The notes under the pieces: model-generated
Seen by the model: the letters and a program-made list of their open reading frames with translations, nothing else
The model's database searches: none
What the model was told of the DNA's origin: nothing
DNA from: Promethearchaeota archaeon
GTDB taxonomy: Archaea; Asgardarchaeota; Heimdallarchaeia; Hodarchaeales; Hodarchaeaceae
Direction: 5' to 3'
Length of the DNA: 64,000 nucleotides
Assembly (NCBI GenBank): GCA_048938105.1
Contig: JBHLMN010000016.1
Coordinates: forward strand, 32,001-96,000
Shown here: piece after piece, positions 18,032-28,406 of the stretch
Layout: each line of letters starts with the position of its first letter
How positions within the stretch are numbered: position 1 is the stretch's first letter
Position numbers and translations under genes: made by a program

Positions 18032-20103
18032 TTAGTAAGCAATGAACGTAGATCAATTAAAACCTTATCGACTTCGTTGTTCGCCTTACGAAGCTGTTTA
18101 TCATAATTGATTTTTAGTTTCGCATAGGCATCTTTACTGATTCTCTCCTGTGTTTTTTTTCGTTCGAGTGATTCAATATTTTGTAGAATATCTTCTCGAT
18201 TAGCTTCCGCAACTTCGATGGATCTCATAGCTATTCTATATCGTGGTCCTTTTTCTGATAATTTTTTTGATACTGATACAATTGAACGATCGATTCCTTT
18301 TTGACGATTTCCTAGAATTATCCGGGTTTGTTCGTACTCTCGTTGACTCATTCTCTTTGATTTTCGTTTTCGATCAAGTCTTAAGATTTGTTCTCTGATT
18401 GCAGTTTTTTCTTCATATGCTTTAACAAACTCCTTGATTAAATCTAAAGGTATTTCTTCTAATGTCAATCTTTTTGGTCTAAAACCGAACGAAAGATTTC
18501 TAAAAATCGTATAAGCCAAACCCAGAAGTAAAAACAAAATACAGATCGAGAGAGGAACGTTAATAAAATAAAGAAGAGGTAGACTAAAATCGATATTGAG
18601 ATATTGATTGCTGAGAGGGGTTAGATCTTTGAAAATTATTCTGAAACCAGTTTTATCGAAGATCCCAAGGAGTTCTTTCTCTCGAATTCGAGAATTATAA
18701 GTTGAATTTCTTAAAGTTATTTCTTCTATGGATCTTACTATACTAGTCAAGTTGTAACTCGAACCATGAGGTAGTAATAGATTAAATTCAAATCTTTGAA
18801 TAGTCCAATTGAAGTTCATTGACAATGGGATTCTTAATTGAGCTTTACCTCCTCCTAGGTCCTTTACGAGATCTGAAACTTCTTCTTGATAAGATAAGTG
18901 TAAATCATATTTTTCATTATCTTCTATTTGGACTCTCGGCTTAATACTCAGTACTTTTTTACTAATGATAGAATCAATAGAGACGGTTGGCGTGAGATTC
19001 CCATATTTATCATGTAAGCTAATTTTTTTAGCACTTTCAGGCAAGTAAAAATTAATTTGTGGAAAATTTGATCCTCCAAGGGTTGTTGAAATGGTAGATC
19101 CTGATTTAATACCAATATTATGAATTGCGATTTCATATTCAGTATTGACATATCCCCATTCCGATACGGTAACAACAGATTTCATCTCTGTGAACTCAAT
19201 TTTTGTATTTGCTTGTTGAAAATAGGTGAAAGAGAGATAAGATGTGAGATTAGCGGCTAGAGTCGGGATATAAACTGGTATAAAAGGTCGATTTTGGAGG
19301 AAAGTAAGATTATAATTTCCAAATTCAGACATATTTAATGAAGATCTGTTAATACTTGAAATTTCAGTGATATTTTCAAAAATTAAGCCATATGATGTAT
19401 CTTTTGAGAAATTACCTGTAAAAAAATCGCTTGTTGGTTGAATGGAATCATTTTCCACGTTAACGTCAATATCTTCCCCGACTTTCCACTGTAAATTATA
19501 AGAAGTAATTGGAAAAGATATCAGAGGAAGAAAACTGAGATTGAACTGATAAGGATAGGTTGCCTCTTCAAGTTTAGCCTTCTCTTCAAATGTTATTGCA
19601 TTTAGATGATCCATCTTTATAATTATTGATAGAAATTGATTTTTTTCAATTGATGGAATTTGAATAACAAATGTAGTTGATTCATTTTTTTCTATTCTAT
19701 CTATAACTTTGGTAGATTCTGCATCAGTATCATTTAGAGAATAAATTTCCAGATATTTTGAATCAACAAGTTCATGAGTTGGAATAGTGTAATTAAATGC
19801 ATCTATCGGTTGGGAAGCATTTTCAGACAAGTGCAGATGAATTTTAGTGTAAGAGGTTGTGTAACCATATGGATTGGCTATGATCACCCTACTTACGTTT
19901 ATTTCGTGACTTGTGTTGGTAAAATCATTAACATCAAAAAAATTGAGTAAGTCTTCATTGTTCTTTTCTACTTCAGCTTGAGAAGAATTCTCATTGTTTA
20001 TGGAGATTCCACGGTCAATGTTTGTATTAAGTGACACAAGAAGGGTAGAAACTATCAATGCAATGAGTAATAAATTCAAGCTGGACTCTAGTTTTCTTTT
20101 CAT
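18028..20103 (-). CDS. ribophorin I (OST1/RPN1)-like oligosaccharyltransferase subunit
   Basis: Signal peptide; two beta domains (VTVSEWGYV...I.N.G, D.YGNL, KPR, LLLPHGS); TM; cytosolic helical bundle. Confidence 0.75.
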   Translation of the reverse strand: MKRKLESSLNLLLIALIVSTLLVSLNTNIDRGISINNENSSQAEVEKNNEDLLNFFDVNDFTNTSHEINVSRVIIANPYGYTTSYTKIHLHLSENASQPIDAFNYTIPTHELVDSKYLEIYSLNDTDAESTKVIDRIEKNESTTFVIQIPSIEKNQFLSIIIKMDHLNAITFEEKAKLEEATYPYQFNLSFLPLISFPITSYNLQWKVGEDIDVNVENDSIQPTSDFFTGNFSKDTSYGLIFENITEISSINRSSLNMSEFGNYNLTFLQNRPFIPVYIPTLAANLTSYLSFTYFQQANTKIEFTEMKSVVTVSEWGYVNTEYEIAIHNIGIKSGSTISTTLGGSNFPQINFYLPESAKKISLHDKYGNLTPTVSIDSIISKKVLSIKPRVQIEDNEKYDLHLSYQEEVSDLVKDLGGGKAQLRIPLSMNFNWTIQRFEFNLLLPHGSSYNLTSIVRSIEEITLRNSTYNSRIREKELLGIFDKTGFRIIFKDLTPLSNQYLNIDFSLPLLYFINVPLSICILFLLLGLAYTIFRNLSFGFRPKRLTLEEIPLDLIKEFVKAYEEKTAIREQILRLDRKRKSKRMSQREYEQTRIILGNRQKGIDRSIVSVSKKLSEKGPRYRIAMRSIEVAEANREDILQNIESLERKKTQERISKDAYAKLKINYDKQLRKANNEVDKVLIDLRSLLTK

Positions 20104-20873
20104 CTACAAATGCTCCTATGATTTAGCTTTGTTATCAACAGTAACGCTAGCATTGATTAAGAGATTGATATTCTGATAATCCACCTGAACTTGCAGATTA
20201 TGGCTGATACGGTCTCGTTTTGCACAGTATAAAATATTTTATCTTTTCTTAGAAAACTTTACCTAAATTAAAAAAAAAGATGATTACAAGTAATCATAAC
20301 TGTGTATTGTGATTTTAAACAATAAAACTTACAAAAAATGTCATTAGATTAGGAAATCAAAATTTTCAAACTGGAAAAAAAGATTAAAAGTCTATATAAG
20401 AAATAGAGGTGTTCTTAACAACAAATTTGGATGTATTAAAATCATTTATGATATTCTTTGAAGGGTCATTTATTAGGTACCTTATCCTAACAATAAGCAT
20501 ATTGTTTGATATAAAGTTTTTAGAAAGTCTCGTTTCTGGCTATATCCTTGTTTCAAACCTCTTTTCAACAAGTATATACCTTTTTTCCTCTTTTCCTCCT
20601 TTATTTCCATAAGGACTCTTGACTCCGTCTCTTTATATTCTTCAGCTGTTATTTGCGTCTTAATCTAGCTTAATATTTTTAAACCTCAATCCTATCCCTG
20701 AAAAAACTGAATGAATTCCTTCCTTCCTCTGAGGTTGAGAAATTAGCAAAAATCTAAATTAATAAAAAAAGATAATGAAGTTGAATAGTTAAGGAAACAA
20801 ATCCTTTAGTCTCTAATAGATTCGTCTGTAGCATAAATCTGAGTACCTATGTATTAGAACCACTTATTCAATT

Positions 20874-22403
20874 TTGGAGGTTCATTATGTGACATCTAGG
20901 TTTCTTCAAGCTGTTCGGCCATTCATGTCAATAACCCCAGAAGTCGTTAAACCTACTCGGGAGGTGCATTTTAATGAAAAAATGGTCTGGACATTTGCTG
21001 CTCTTGTTATTTATTTTGTGATGGCATCAACACCGATTATTGGAGCTGATTTAGGAGAGAGTGACCCTTTTGCCTTTATGCGGACAATCACAGCTTCAAC
21101 TCAAGGATCCTTAGCTGAACTTGGAATTGGCCCTATAGTGACAGCGGGACTCATTATGCAGATCTTGGTGGGATCTAAAATTATTAATGTAAATATGGGG
21201 GATCCAGAAGAGAGATCTCTCTATACTGGTGCCCAAAAGGTCATGTCAGTAGCAATGACGATTATAGAGGCATCTGCTTTCTTAATTGGAGGAACCTATG
21301 GAACTGATCTCGACCCTGGAAGTCAATTAGCAATAATTACCCAATTATTAGCAGCAGGCATCATCATCATTCTACTTGATGAAATGATTCAGAAAGGGTG
21401 GGGTTTAGGATCAGGAATCTCCCTTTTTATTGCAGGAGGCGTTGGCTTACAAATTTTCCAAGGATTATTTGCAGCACAGCCTGTTGGGGAAGGATCACTT
21501 GATCCGGACTCCATGGTGACCTCATTTCGAGGGATTGCTTTTGCATTTTTCGCTTGGGCAACACAACGAGGGCCAATTGAAGCAATAGGAGCCCTATTTT
21601 TCCGCTATAGTCCATCTGAGAATGTAAATCTTCCTTCCTTATCTCTCCTCTCTGTTATTGCGACTATTGTTGTGTTTATCATTGTGATCTATTTTGAATC
21701 AATGCGGATTGAAATACCAATCTCTTATGCCCAATATAAGGGGATCCGTTCAACCTATCCTATTAAGCTCCTTTATGTATCAAATATCCCTGTTATCCTA
21801 ACTTCGGCCGTATTCGCCGATATCTACTTTATCGCTCAAATGGTCTGGAATACGGTCGGTAGACAAAATCCAAATAATCCTATAGCTGCTTTTTTAGGAA
21901 CATTTAGGATTGATGAAGCTTCTAATCAGTATGTTCCTATGGGGGGTCTTGTTTATTTCTTAACCCCCCCACGATCGCTTATTGGAGATCTTGGGGTTAT
22001 TAATCCTAGTGATCCATTGAGTTCCTTAGCTCGTGCTTTTATTTATGCTGCTATTCTAATTGTACTTTCTGTCATTTTTTCAGTTATGTGGTTAGAAACA
22101 GCTGGAATGGGGCCGCGTGATGTAGCAAGCCAGTTCTTACAATCAGGAATGCAGATGCCAGGTTGGCGTCGAAGCAAAAAGATTGTTGAACGCCGATTAG
22201 AGATGTATATTCCTACAATAGCTGTAATCGGTGGGTTATTCATTGGTTGTCTTGCAGCCTTTGCTGATTTCCTTGGAGCAATCGGTTCGGGGATGGGTAT
22301 TCTCCTCTCAGTTAGTATTATGAGACAATATTTTGAATTAATAAGTAAGGAAAGAGTCGCAGAAATGAATCCTGCTTTACGTGGTTTCCTAGGAATATCC
22401 TAG
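20874..22403 (+). CDS. secY: preprotein translocase SecY/Sec61alpha
   Basis: LAELGIGPIVTAG, KGWGLGSGISLFIA, YPIKLLYVSNIPVIL, GSGMGILL; start probably near 20889. Confidence 0.97.
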   Translation: MEVHYVTSRFLQAVRPFMSITPEVVKPTREVHFNEKMVWTFAALVIYFVMASTPIIGADLGESDPFAFMRTITASTQGSLAELGIGPIVTAGLIMQILVGSKIINVNMGDPEERSLYTGAQKVMSVAMTIIEASAFLIGGTYGTDLDPGSQLAIITQLLAAGIIIILLDEMIQKGWGLGSGISLFIAGGVGLQIFQGLFAAQPVGEGSLDPDSMVTSFRGIAFAFFAWATQRGPIEAIGALFFRYSPSENVNLPSLSLLSVIATIVVFIIVIYFESMRIEIPISYAQYKGIRSTYPIKLLYVSNIPVILTSAVFADIYFIAQMVWNTVGRQNPNNPIAAFLGTFRIDEASNQYVPMGGLVYFLTPPRSLIGDLGVINPSDPLSSLARAFIYAAILIVLSVIFSVMWLETAGMGPRDVASQFLQSGMQMPGWRRSKKIVERRLEMYIPTIAVIGGLFIGCLAAFADFLGAIGSGMGILLSVSIMRQYFELISKERVAEMNPALRGFLGIS

Positions 22404-22432
22404 TTATTTTTTTCATTTTCTATTTATTAATC

Positions 22433-23212
22433 TTAATCAATGAAGCGAATTTGGATTCGATCACCAGGAGTAATGTCTAAAATATCTACTGCTCTACCAT
22501 TTCGAAGACTGATTTCTAATGTTTCAAAGCTACTAAGAACGAGAAAAGGATTTTCATCAGAACCTTCAAAGTAACTTCTCTTAAACCTTAATGACACTCT
22601 AGTCCTTGGCGTTAATAATAGATACTTTTTGTCATGTTGTAGATTCATTGAACTGGGAATGTTGGTTATAATATTACCAAAATGATCGATAAAGATAACT
22701 TCTCCAGTCTTTGTCGTCTTATCCCAAAAGAAATCTAAGGAAGTTTGAATGTCGCTGGGAGGGCCTAGACCATTAAGTGAATAAATCTGACTGAGGTTCC
22801 CCGCTGCAGGAGCAAATACATCTCGTCCATGAAAAGTGTGAGAAGTATCATTAGGGATTTGAAGATCAACAATAAAAACATCCTCATTATCGGAGATGAT
22901 AGGTGATAAAACACCATTATCAGGTCCAATGAAGTAATAATCCTCTTTTTGGGCAGCGATTGCTTTCCTAGAGCTACCAACCCCAGGGTCTACAACAACT
23001 AAAAAAATTGTATGAAGAGGAAAATATTTGTATGATTTCAACAAAACAAATGCAGCATGACGAATATCTTGTGTTTTAATATTATTAGTAAGTGAAATAA
23101 TTCTAACTAAGGGATTAATTTGAAGAATTCTCCCTTTCATTATACCAACATAAGGATCACTGCCAAAATCTGTTATAAAAACAATAAGGGGATTTTTTAA
23201 GGCCTCAATCAG
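22433..23212 (-). CDS. SAM hydroxide adenosyltransferase / chlorinase family (DUF62)
   Basis: ITDFG (upstream of the first ATG), VVDPGVG, GPDNG, TFHGRDVFAP, IDHFGNIITN; needs a non-ATG start (CTG at 23212). Confidence 0.9.
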   Translation of the reverse strand: MIEALKNPLIVFITDFGSDPYVGIMKGRILQINPLVRIISLTNNIKTQDIRHAAFVLLKSYKYFPLHTIFLVVVDPGVGSSRKAIAAQKEDYYFIGPDNGVLSPIISDNEDVFIVDLQIPNDTSHTFHGRDVFAPAAGNLSQIYSLNGLGPPSDIQTSLDFFWDKTTKTGEVIFIDHFGNIITNIPSSMNLQHDKKYLLLTPRTRVSLRFKRSYFEGSDENPFLVLSSFETLEISLRNGRAVDILDITPGDRIQIRFID

Positions 23213-23312
23213 AGTTCACATCTTAATACTCAAATACTATTAATGAAACTTGCTTCGAGTGAATTGAAGAGAAATAAAAAAATATTACTTTCCAATTCAT
23301 TCTTGTTATCTT

Positions 23313-24701
23313 TCAAAGAACGAGCTTTTGTGACGCCCCTGAATTCTTTTGAGGTTCATTGACAAGAATCAATATAAGAATTCCCAAACAACTTATTACA
23401 AGTAAAAAGATCAAAGCACCCGTAAAACTGAAAAATTCAAGTGTTGCACCTAGTAATCCATATCCTATTATTGAAAGAAACAAATTAATTGTGTTAAAAA
23501 GAGATTCCTGCGAGCTTCTAGTTTCAGAAGAAGTGATATTGAGATATACTTGCCAATATAGGCCTGTAGTAAGCCCTATTAAGATAATTCTCAGAAAAAA
23601 TATAAAAATAACCAGAATTAGTTTTAAAAATGGGGAGAAATTAATGCCTACAATGCATAAATAAGCAATCCAACCAACTGGATAATTGAGAGTATAAAAT
23701 ATAAGTAACCCTTTATAGGGAGAGTTAATGAAAGATGATATTTTTCCAGATAGGCGACTAGCAAACGCAAAAACGATTTCTGAAATCGCTCGGGTTATAG
23801 ATACGAGTATTATTGAGATTGTAGCGAATTGAATATTATAATTGTCTTGATTGAAAATCTGAATTGGAGAACTGATATCATATAATAAGGAAGAAAAGAC
23901 TACTGTACTAAAAGAAACTGAAGTAAAAGCTAGGAGTGAGAAACCTACGAAGAAAGGAGCGACATAAATATATTTTTCTTTAATATATTGAATTTTTCTA
24001 TTAATCCCAGATGTATTATGACTGTAAATTTGAGATATAGAATTTATTTTCTCTTCTTTTCTCAATATTCTTCTTTTCATCGAAGGAGGAGAGGAAATGA
24101 ATTTCAATCCGAGAAAAACTCCTATAACAGCAATCATAGCTTGTATTAGAAATATTGTTTGCGGTTTAACTTGGTTTAAGTGAAGTAGACACCCTCCTAG
24201 AAATGCTGCTAAAGCAGCTACAATTGTCTTTACAAAATTAACACTTCCCATTACACTACGGAAAGACAGTTCATTACCTTTTGACGAGAATAACTCCCAG
24301 GTATTCATGAACCAAACATTAAATGAACCAGAGAGGAGGGCAGAATAAATTCCTACTATAATTTCTAGAAATAATAATTCAATGGGCTTTACAGCAAAAA
24401 TAAGTCCTAAATAGTACACAAACAAACAGGATAATGCACCACAAAAGGCAAGTCTTTGACCCAAACGATCCGTTAGGATACCTAGGGGTAGATCAAGAAT
24501 AGCTCCACAAAACATTCCAATGGACAGGATTATTCCAAAAGCGATAAAAGAATCTAAAATTGACAAATAATATAATGAAATCCAAGCATAACTCAGATAA
24601 ATTCCAGAAACTACTACCTGCAAACTACAATATTTGAGACTTAGGTTTTTTAAATCCGAAGGAAAAGCTGATATACCAAGAATTGTGTGAATGAAAGACA
24701 T
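23313..24701 (-). CDS. MFS transporter
   Basis: DLPLGILTDRLGQR motif A; about 12 TM segments. Confidence 0.85.
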   Translation of the reverse strand: MSFIHTILGISAFPSDLKNLSLKYCSLQVVVSGIYLSYAWISLYYLSILDSFIAFGIILSIGMFCGAILDLPLGILTDRLGQRLAFCGALSCLFVYYLGLIFAVKPIELLFLEIIVGIYSALLSGSFNVWFMNTWELFSSKGNELSFRSVMGSVNFVKTIVAALAAFLGGCLLHLNQVKPQTIFLIQAMIAVIGVFLGLKFISSPPSMKRRILRKEEKINSISQIYSHNTSGINRKIQYIKEKYIYVAPFFVGFSLLAFTSVSFSTVVFSSLLYDISSPIQIFNQDNYNIQFATISIILVSITRAISEIVFAFASRLSGKISSFINSPYKGLLIFYTLNYPVGWIAYLCIVGINFSPFLKLILVIFIFFLRIILIGLTTGLYWQVYLNITSSETRSSQESLFNTINLFLSIIGYGLLGATLEFFSFTGALIFLLVISCLGILILILVNEPQKNSGASQKLVL

Positions 24702-24747
24702 ATTTATCCTACTCTATTATTATCTAAATTAAATTAAACGAGGGGTT

Positions 24748-26127
24748 TCATTGAGTAGGTGTGGTCTTATTTGCTACATGAGAAACTGTAGTAAAATTTA
24801 CTATGGGATAATCTTGAGAGTTAACTTCCCCACCTGATAGGATAACAAGATATGGTGTTTTCCCAAGGTAATTTTTGAAAATGTCAAGATACTGACCAAA
24901 TTTATCTCCAAGAACCATTGTTCTATTTGCACAATCAAAAAATAACCCAAATACAGTGTTTTCTGTTACTAACCTTTCTAGAGTTTTTCTCAAGGAATTC
25001 TCAATTGTAGTCGAACTTTGGTCTCCTATGAATGCATTATATCGGTTTGGATCGTTGGAATGTAATTTCTTAGCTATTTGTGGAGGTGCTGTGATAAGTG
25101 CATGCTTTAAGTTCGGATTAACCATTAACCCGTATGGATTTAGGTTCTGTTGATCATCAATGACACAGAGAGGTCTGTAAGGATGAGCATAAAATGATCT
25201 TTGAGTACACCTTTCCAAGATATCTGGACATTTTTCCATACCAAATAATTCGAGTAAGGCGTCTGCGCCCCACTTTCCGTGAATTCGTGGAGTAAATCCT
25301 CCGTTAATAAAACTATCTAGACTAAAACTCTTATCAGGGATAATCTTAGCCCCTGAATCAGCTTTACTTTCAAACTGGAGTTCAGGAGAGCTTATTGACA
25401 TATAAGCCAGCGAATCTTTATAAGTTTTGCAATTATGGAATTGGTATGCTTTAAGCATGGTTATTGGATCAGCGCCAAAACTACCTGTAAAATGTATTCC
25501 TCTTTTATGAAGCTGTGTGAAAAGAGGCCAAGAAGAAGAATAGGAAAAACCAATTCCAGCAATATTCATTAATAGCTCAGTTGGTTTTCCAGCTAATTTT
25601 GAAAGAATAGGAAATTTGCACCAAATGCGGTTATTAAAGGCCATGAATGGATTTATGCCTTCAATGCGGTGATTCAACATATTTACCATAAATTTTGGAA
25701 ATCCAATTCCAGGGGGAAAGAAGAGGTGCGTGGTGTTTGAATTTCTTTTATACTCTTTTTGAACTGTTTTTCTACAGTCTCTAACAACCTTTTTTGTCTT
25801 GATCCAGTTACCAATCCGGAATCGTTTTACAATGGTACTTTTAGCAGTAATACCTGCAAACAACATCAATCCTGCCCCTTTCAAACCATAATCATCCTTA
25901 TTAGCCATACCAAGACCAGAACATCCTGCTAGTGGGACATTTGGATATTTGTCATTTATTATTGCCATTGCGCTGTCATATGTTTTCATTCCCCCAGAAT
26001 GTGATCCAGTGAAATACAGAATAGCACTTGGTTGCGCTCTTAATTCATCTTCAGCTTGTTTAAGAGCTTTTATAGTAGCTCGCTTTAAATTATGGTCTAT
26101 ATGGAGACCTATTGCTGTTTTTATCAG
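24748..26127 (-). CDS. FIST-domain sensory protein
   Basis: PLAGCSG.G, FFDCANR, SGGEV..NFT; ORF extends upstream to a CTG at 26127 with GGTGA 6 nt before it. Confidence 0.72.
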   Translation of the reverse strand: MIKTAIGLHIDHNLKRATIKALKQAEDELRAQPSAILYFTGSHSGGMKTYDSAMAIINDKYPNVPLAGCSGLGMANKDDYGLKGAGLMLFAGITAKSTIVKRFRIGNWIKTKKVVRDCRKTVQKEYKRNSNTTHLFFPPGIGFPKFMVNMLNHRIEGINPFMAFNNRIWCKFPILSKLAGKPTELLMNIAGIGFSYSSSWPLFTQLHKRGIHFTGSFGADPITMLKAYQFHNCKTYKDSLAYMSISSPELQFESKADSGAKIIPDKSFSLDSFINGGFTPRIHGKWGADALLELFGMEKCPDILERCTQRSFYAHPYRPLCVIDDQQNLNPYGLMVNPNLKHALITAPPQIAKKLHSNDPNRYNAFIGDQSSTTIENSLRKTLERLVTENTVFGLFFDCANRTMVLGDKFGQYLDIFKNYLGKTPYLVILSGGEVNSQDYPIVNFTTVSHVANKTTPTQ

Positions 26128-26129
26128 GT

Positions 26130-26570
26130 TTAGTCACCTAAGGGGGTTTTCTTATCTATAATTTCGCCTACTCGTCTTGCATTACGACTCATTTCGATTT
26201 CCATTAGACCTGTATTAGCTATCGTAGTGAGAATTGTTACAACAATACTAGTTTTTCCAGCACAATAAAAATAAACTGGGATAGCATCCTTATCATTGAT
26301 TTCTTTATCATATTTAATAGACCTTGATCCTGCTTGAAGTTCCTCCATTGTTTTAGAAATTATATTTTTCACCCATTTAATAACAACTAATAGATTTTGA
26401 GAAGCTTCAGAACGATATTGAGACTTTATAACTTTGCCATCCAGTCGAAATAGGATTACAGATTGTACATCATCAAAATCCGCAAGATACGTTAATTCCT
26501 TGTCAATTGAGGCTATCACTGGCGATAAATCGATAGAATGAACATTAGAATCAATTTTATGAGATCTCAT
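26130..26570 (-). CDS. roadblock/LC7 (MglB/LAMTOR-like) protein
   Basis: VQSVILFRLDGKVI...ANTGLMEIEMSR pattern. Confidence 0.75.
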   Translation of the reverse strand: MRSHKIDSNVHSIDLSPVIASIDKELTYLADFDDVQSVILFRLDGKVIKSQYRSEASQNLLVVIKWVKNIISKTMEELQAGSRSIKYDKEINDKDAIPVYFYCAGKTSIVVTILTTIANTGLMEIEMSRNARRVGEIIDKKTPLGD

Positions 26571-27309
26571 GGACTAACAGTCCTTTATTTTTCTCGAAAC
26601 CAATAGGTTGAGGCGTCTCTGAATGGGCAGATCCTCTAAACTTACGTATGCTTAGTGTTCTATTGTATATTCCACCTAGTCCTATATGATCAAGTTCAAT
26701 AATTGAGTCAGACAAAAAAAGTGGTATTCTTGCCAAAGTTTTGCCAAAACCCTTTTCGATTGTAACTACAGATGTGCCGATCTTTCTTAAGGAAGTAAAA
26801 ATTCGGTTGATTACATTTCTTTGGTGATTTGGTTCTGGAATTTCAAGAAGTAATGGAGTGAGAGGATCAATGGCTATACGAATACCGCCATGATAGCTAT
26901 TTGCTGTTTCCTTGATGACTTCTAGATACTTTGGTAGCTCGGACATAAAAAAGCGTAATGCAATCTCACCTGAAGTTAAGTCTGAATCTTCAGAAAATGC
27001 AACTTGAAATTGCAAATTTCCTTTTCGATATTTCTCTTCAAATTTCACAAGACCAATATCACTACAATCTTGGAACACTGAATCAATATTTTGTTCTAAA
27101 GATACATATAAAGCTGGGGATTGGGGGTCTTCAGAACAAAATTGCCAACAAAAAGTTGATTTACCGCATCCAGGGTCAGCGATAATTACGTTAACTGAAT
27201 TTTTGCGAAATCCACCAAAGACTAAATTATCGAAACCAGGGACACCACTTAATATTCTATTATATTCTTGTTTATACATTTTTCTTAACAATTTTTGCAT
27301 TAAAACCAC
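26557..27309 (-). CDS. single-domain KaiC/RAD55-like ATPase
   Basis: SGVPGFD, Walker A DPGCGKST, IAID, IRKFRGSAH. Confidence 0.9.
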   Translation of the reverse strand: MVLMQKLLRKMYKQEYNRILSGVPGFDNLVFGGFRKNSVNVIIADPGCGKSTFCWQFCSEDPQSPALYVSLEQNIDSVFQDCSDIGLVKFEEKYRKGNLQFQVAFSEDSDLTSGEIALRFFMSELPKYLEVIKETANSYHGGIRIAIDPLTPLLLEIPEPNHQRNVINRIFTSLRKIGTSVVTIEKGFGKTLARIPLFLSDSIIELDHIGLGGIYNRTLSIRKFRGSAHSETPQPIGFEKNKGLLVHEIS

Positions 27310-27310
27310 C

Positions 27311-27922
27311 TTAAGAGATTAATAGATGTTTTGAGATTTCAAATGATAATTCTGAGGAAAATTTAGCCCTTCCCCTCTCGATATTCTGAATATATTCAAT
27401 AACAGTTTGAAAAATACCTATTACGGAAATAACATCCTTTACTGAACATTTGAAAGAAGTTATGCACTGAAATCTTTTCTGAAAGGGTATTAAATCGAAT
27501 CCCCTTTCTTCAGAAGAAGCCATATCAGATTTTGTTCCAATTAAGAACCTGGGTACATGAGGTTCAATAAAATCTATCCATTCAGGGATAGAAAAAAGGG
27601 ATGATAGATCTGTTAGATCAAAACATAAGAGTGCAGCATCAGAACCCTTGCAAAACTCCCTAAAAACTCCCATATTCTTAAATTGTTCTTGTCCTCCTAG
27701 ATCCCAAATTTGGAGTTTACAAAAGGTATTCTTACGATCTGAAAGTATTTTCGAATGAAATTCTACAGCAATTGTTTGTTTTGCTTCACTAAAAAAAGAA
27801 TTATTGATGAATGTCTTTGATATAGTTGTTTTTCCAACTCCTCCTTCCCCTAAGATGACAATTTTCATTGGTTTTTTATTATCTGGAGGCAATAACCTCA
27901 TAAGCCACACCAATACTCCCAA
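27311..27922 (-). CDS. Rab-like small GTPase
   Basis: G1 GEGGVGKT, G2 TIAVEF, G3 WDLGGQ, G4 GTKSD, G5 CSVK. Confidence 0.93.
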   Translation of the reverse strand: MGVLVWLMRLLPPDNKKPMKIVILGEGGVGKTTISKTFINNSFFSEAKQTIAVEFHSKILSDRKNTFCKLQIWDLGGQEQFKNMGVFREFCKGSDAALLCFDLTDLSSLFSIPEWIDFIEPHVPRFLIGTKSDMASSEERGFDLIPFQKRFQCITSFKCSVKDVISVIGIFQTVIEYIQNIERGRAKFSSELSFEISKHLLIS

Positions 27923-28055
27923 TACAAAATTTGATTTTAATTACCCAAGAATCATATTTGTATTGCTAATTTTTAGGAGGTTAAAAGACACAATGGAATA
28001 GGGAGATTGATGAAGAAATGACATCAATTATAGGAAAAAAGGAGATTCTTTTATA

Positions 28056-28229
28056 GTGAAACGATTAAGAAAGGATAGAAGAGGTTCACCTTTAGTTGAA
28101 GAAGGAATATTAATAGGGCTGAGCTTATTCGGTTTTTTGCTTATTTTATCAATTGTGACTGGAGTTCTTGATTGGCTTCTAATTAATGCTGATGAATTAC
28201 TACAAGAGTTAGGATCTTTGTTTACTTAA
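28056..28229 (+). CDS. small Flp-like type IV pilin with class III signal peptide (57 aa, absent from the ORF track)
   Basis: MKRLRKDRRG|SPLVEEGILIGLSLFGFLLILSIV...: basic leader, Gly at -1, Glu at +5, hydrophobic helix; GGAGA upstream. Confidence 0.8.
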   Translation: MKRLRKDRRGSPLVEEGILIGLSLFGFLLILSIVTGVLDWLLINADELLQELGSLFT

Positions 28230-28406
28230 ACGATAAACATTATTTTCTTGAAAATATTCCAAGGGCTAAAGGTCTGATAAGCACACTCCTTTTTTAAAGA
28301 ATTTTCCTTATTATCATATTTAAAAAGAGTTCAAGGCTACAATAATACAACCTACCATCCTATATTCATAACTATGCTCTTTTTCGAGATTTTTTTAAAG
28401 AATTAG

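Noticed and set aside
20175-20200. Hairpin upstream of the ribophorin I gene
   Set aside because: A single stem with G-U pairs and no recognisable RNA family features.
20409-20612. 67-aa ORF upstream of secY, checked as a small translocon subunit
   Set aside because: No SecE or Sec61beta motif; low-complexity AT-rich sequence.
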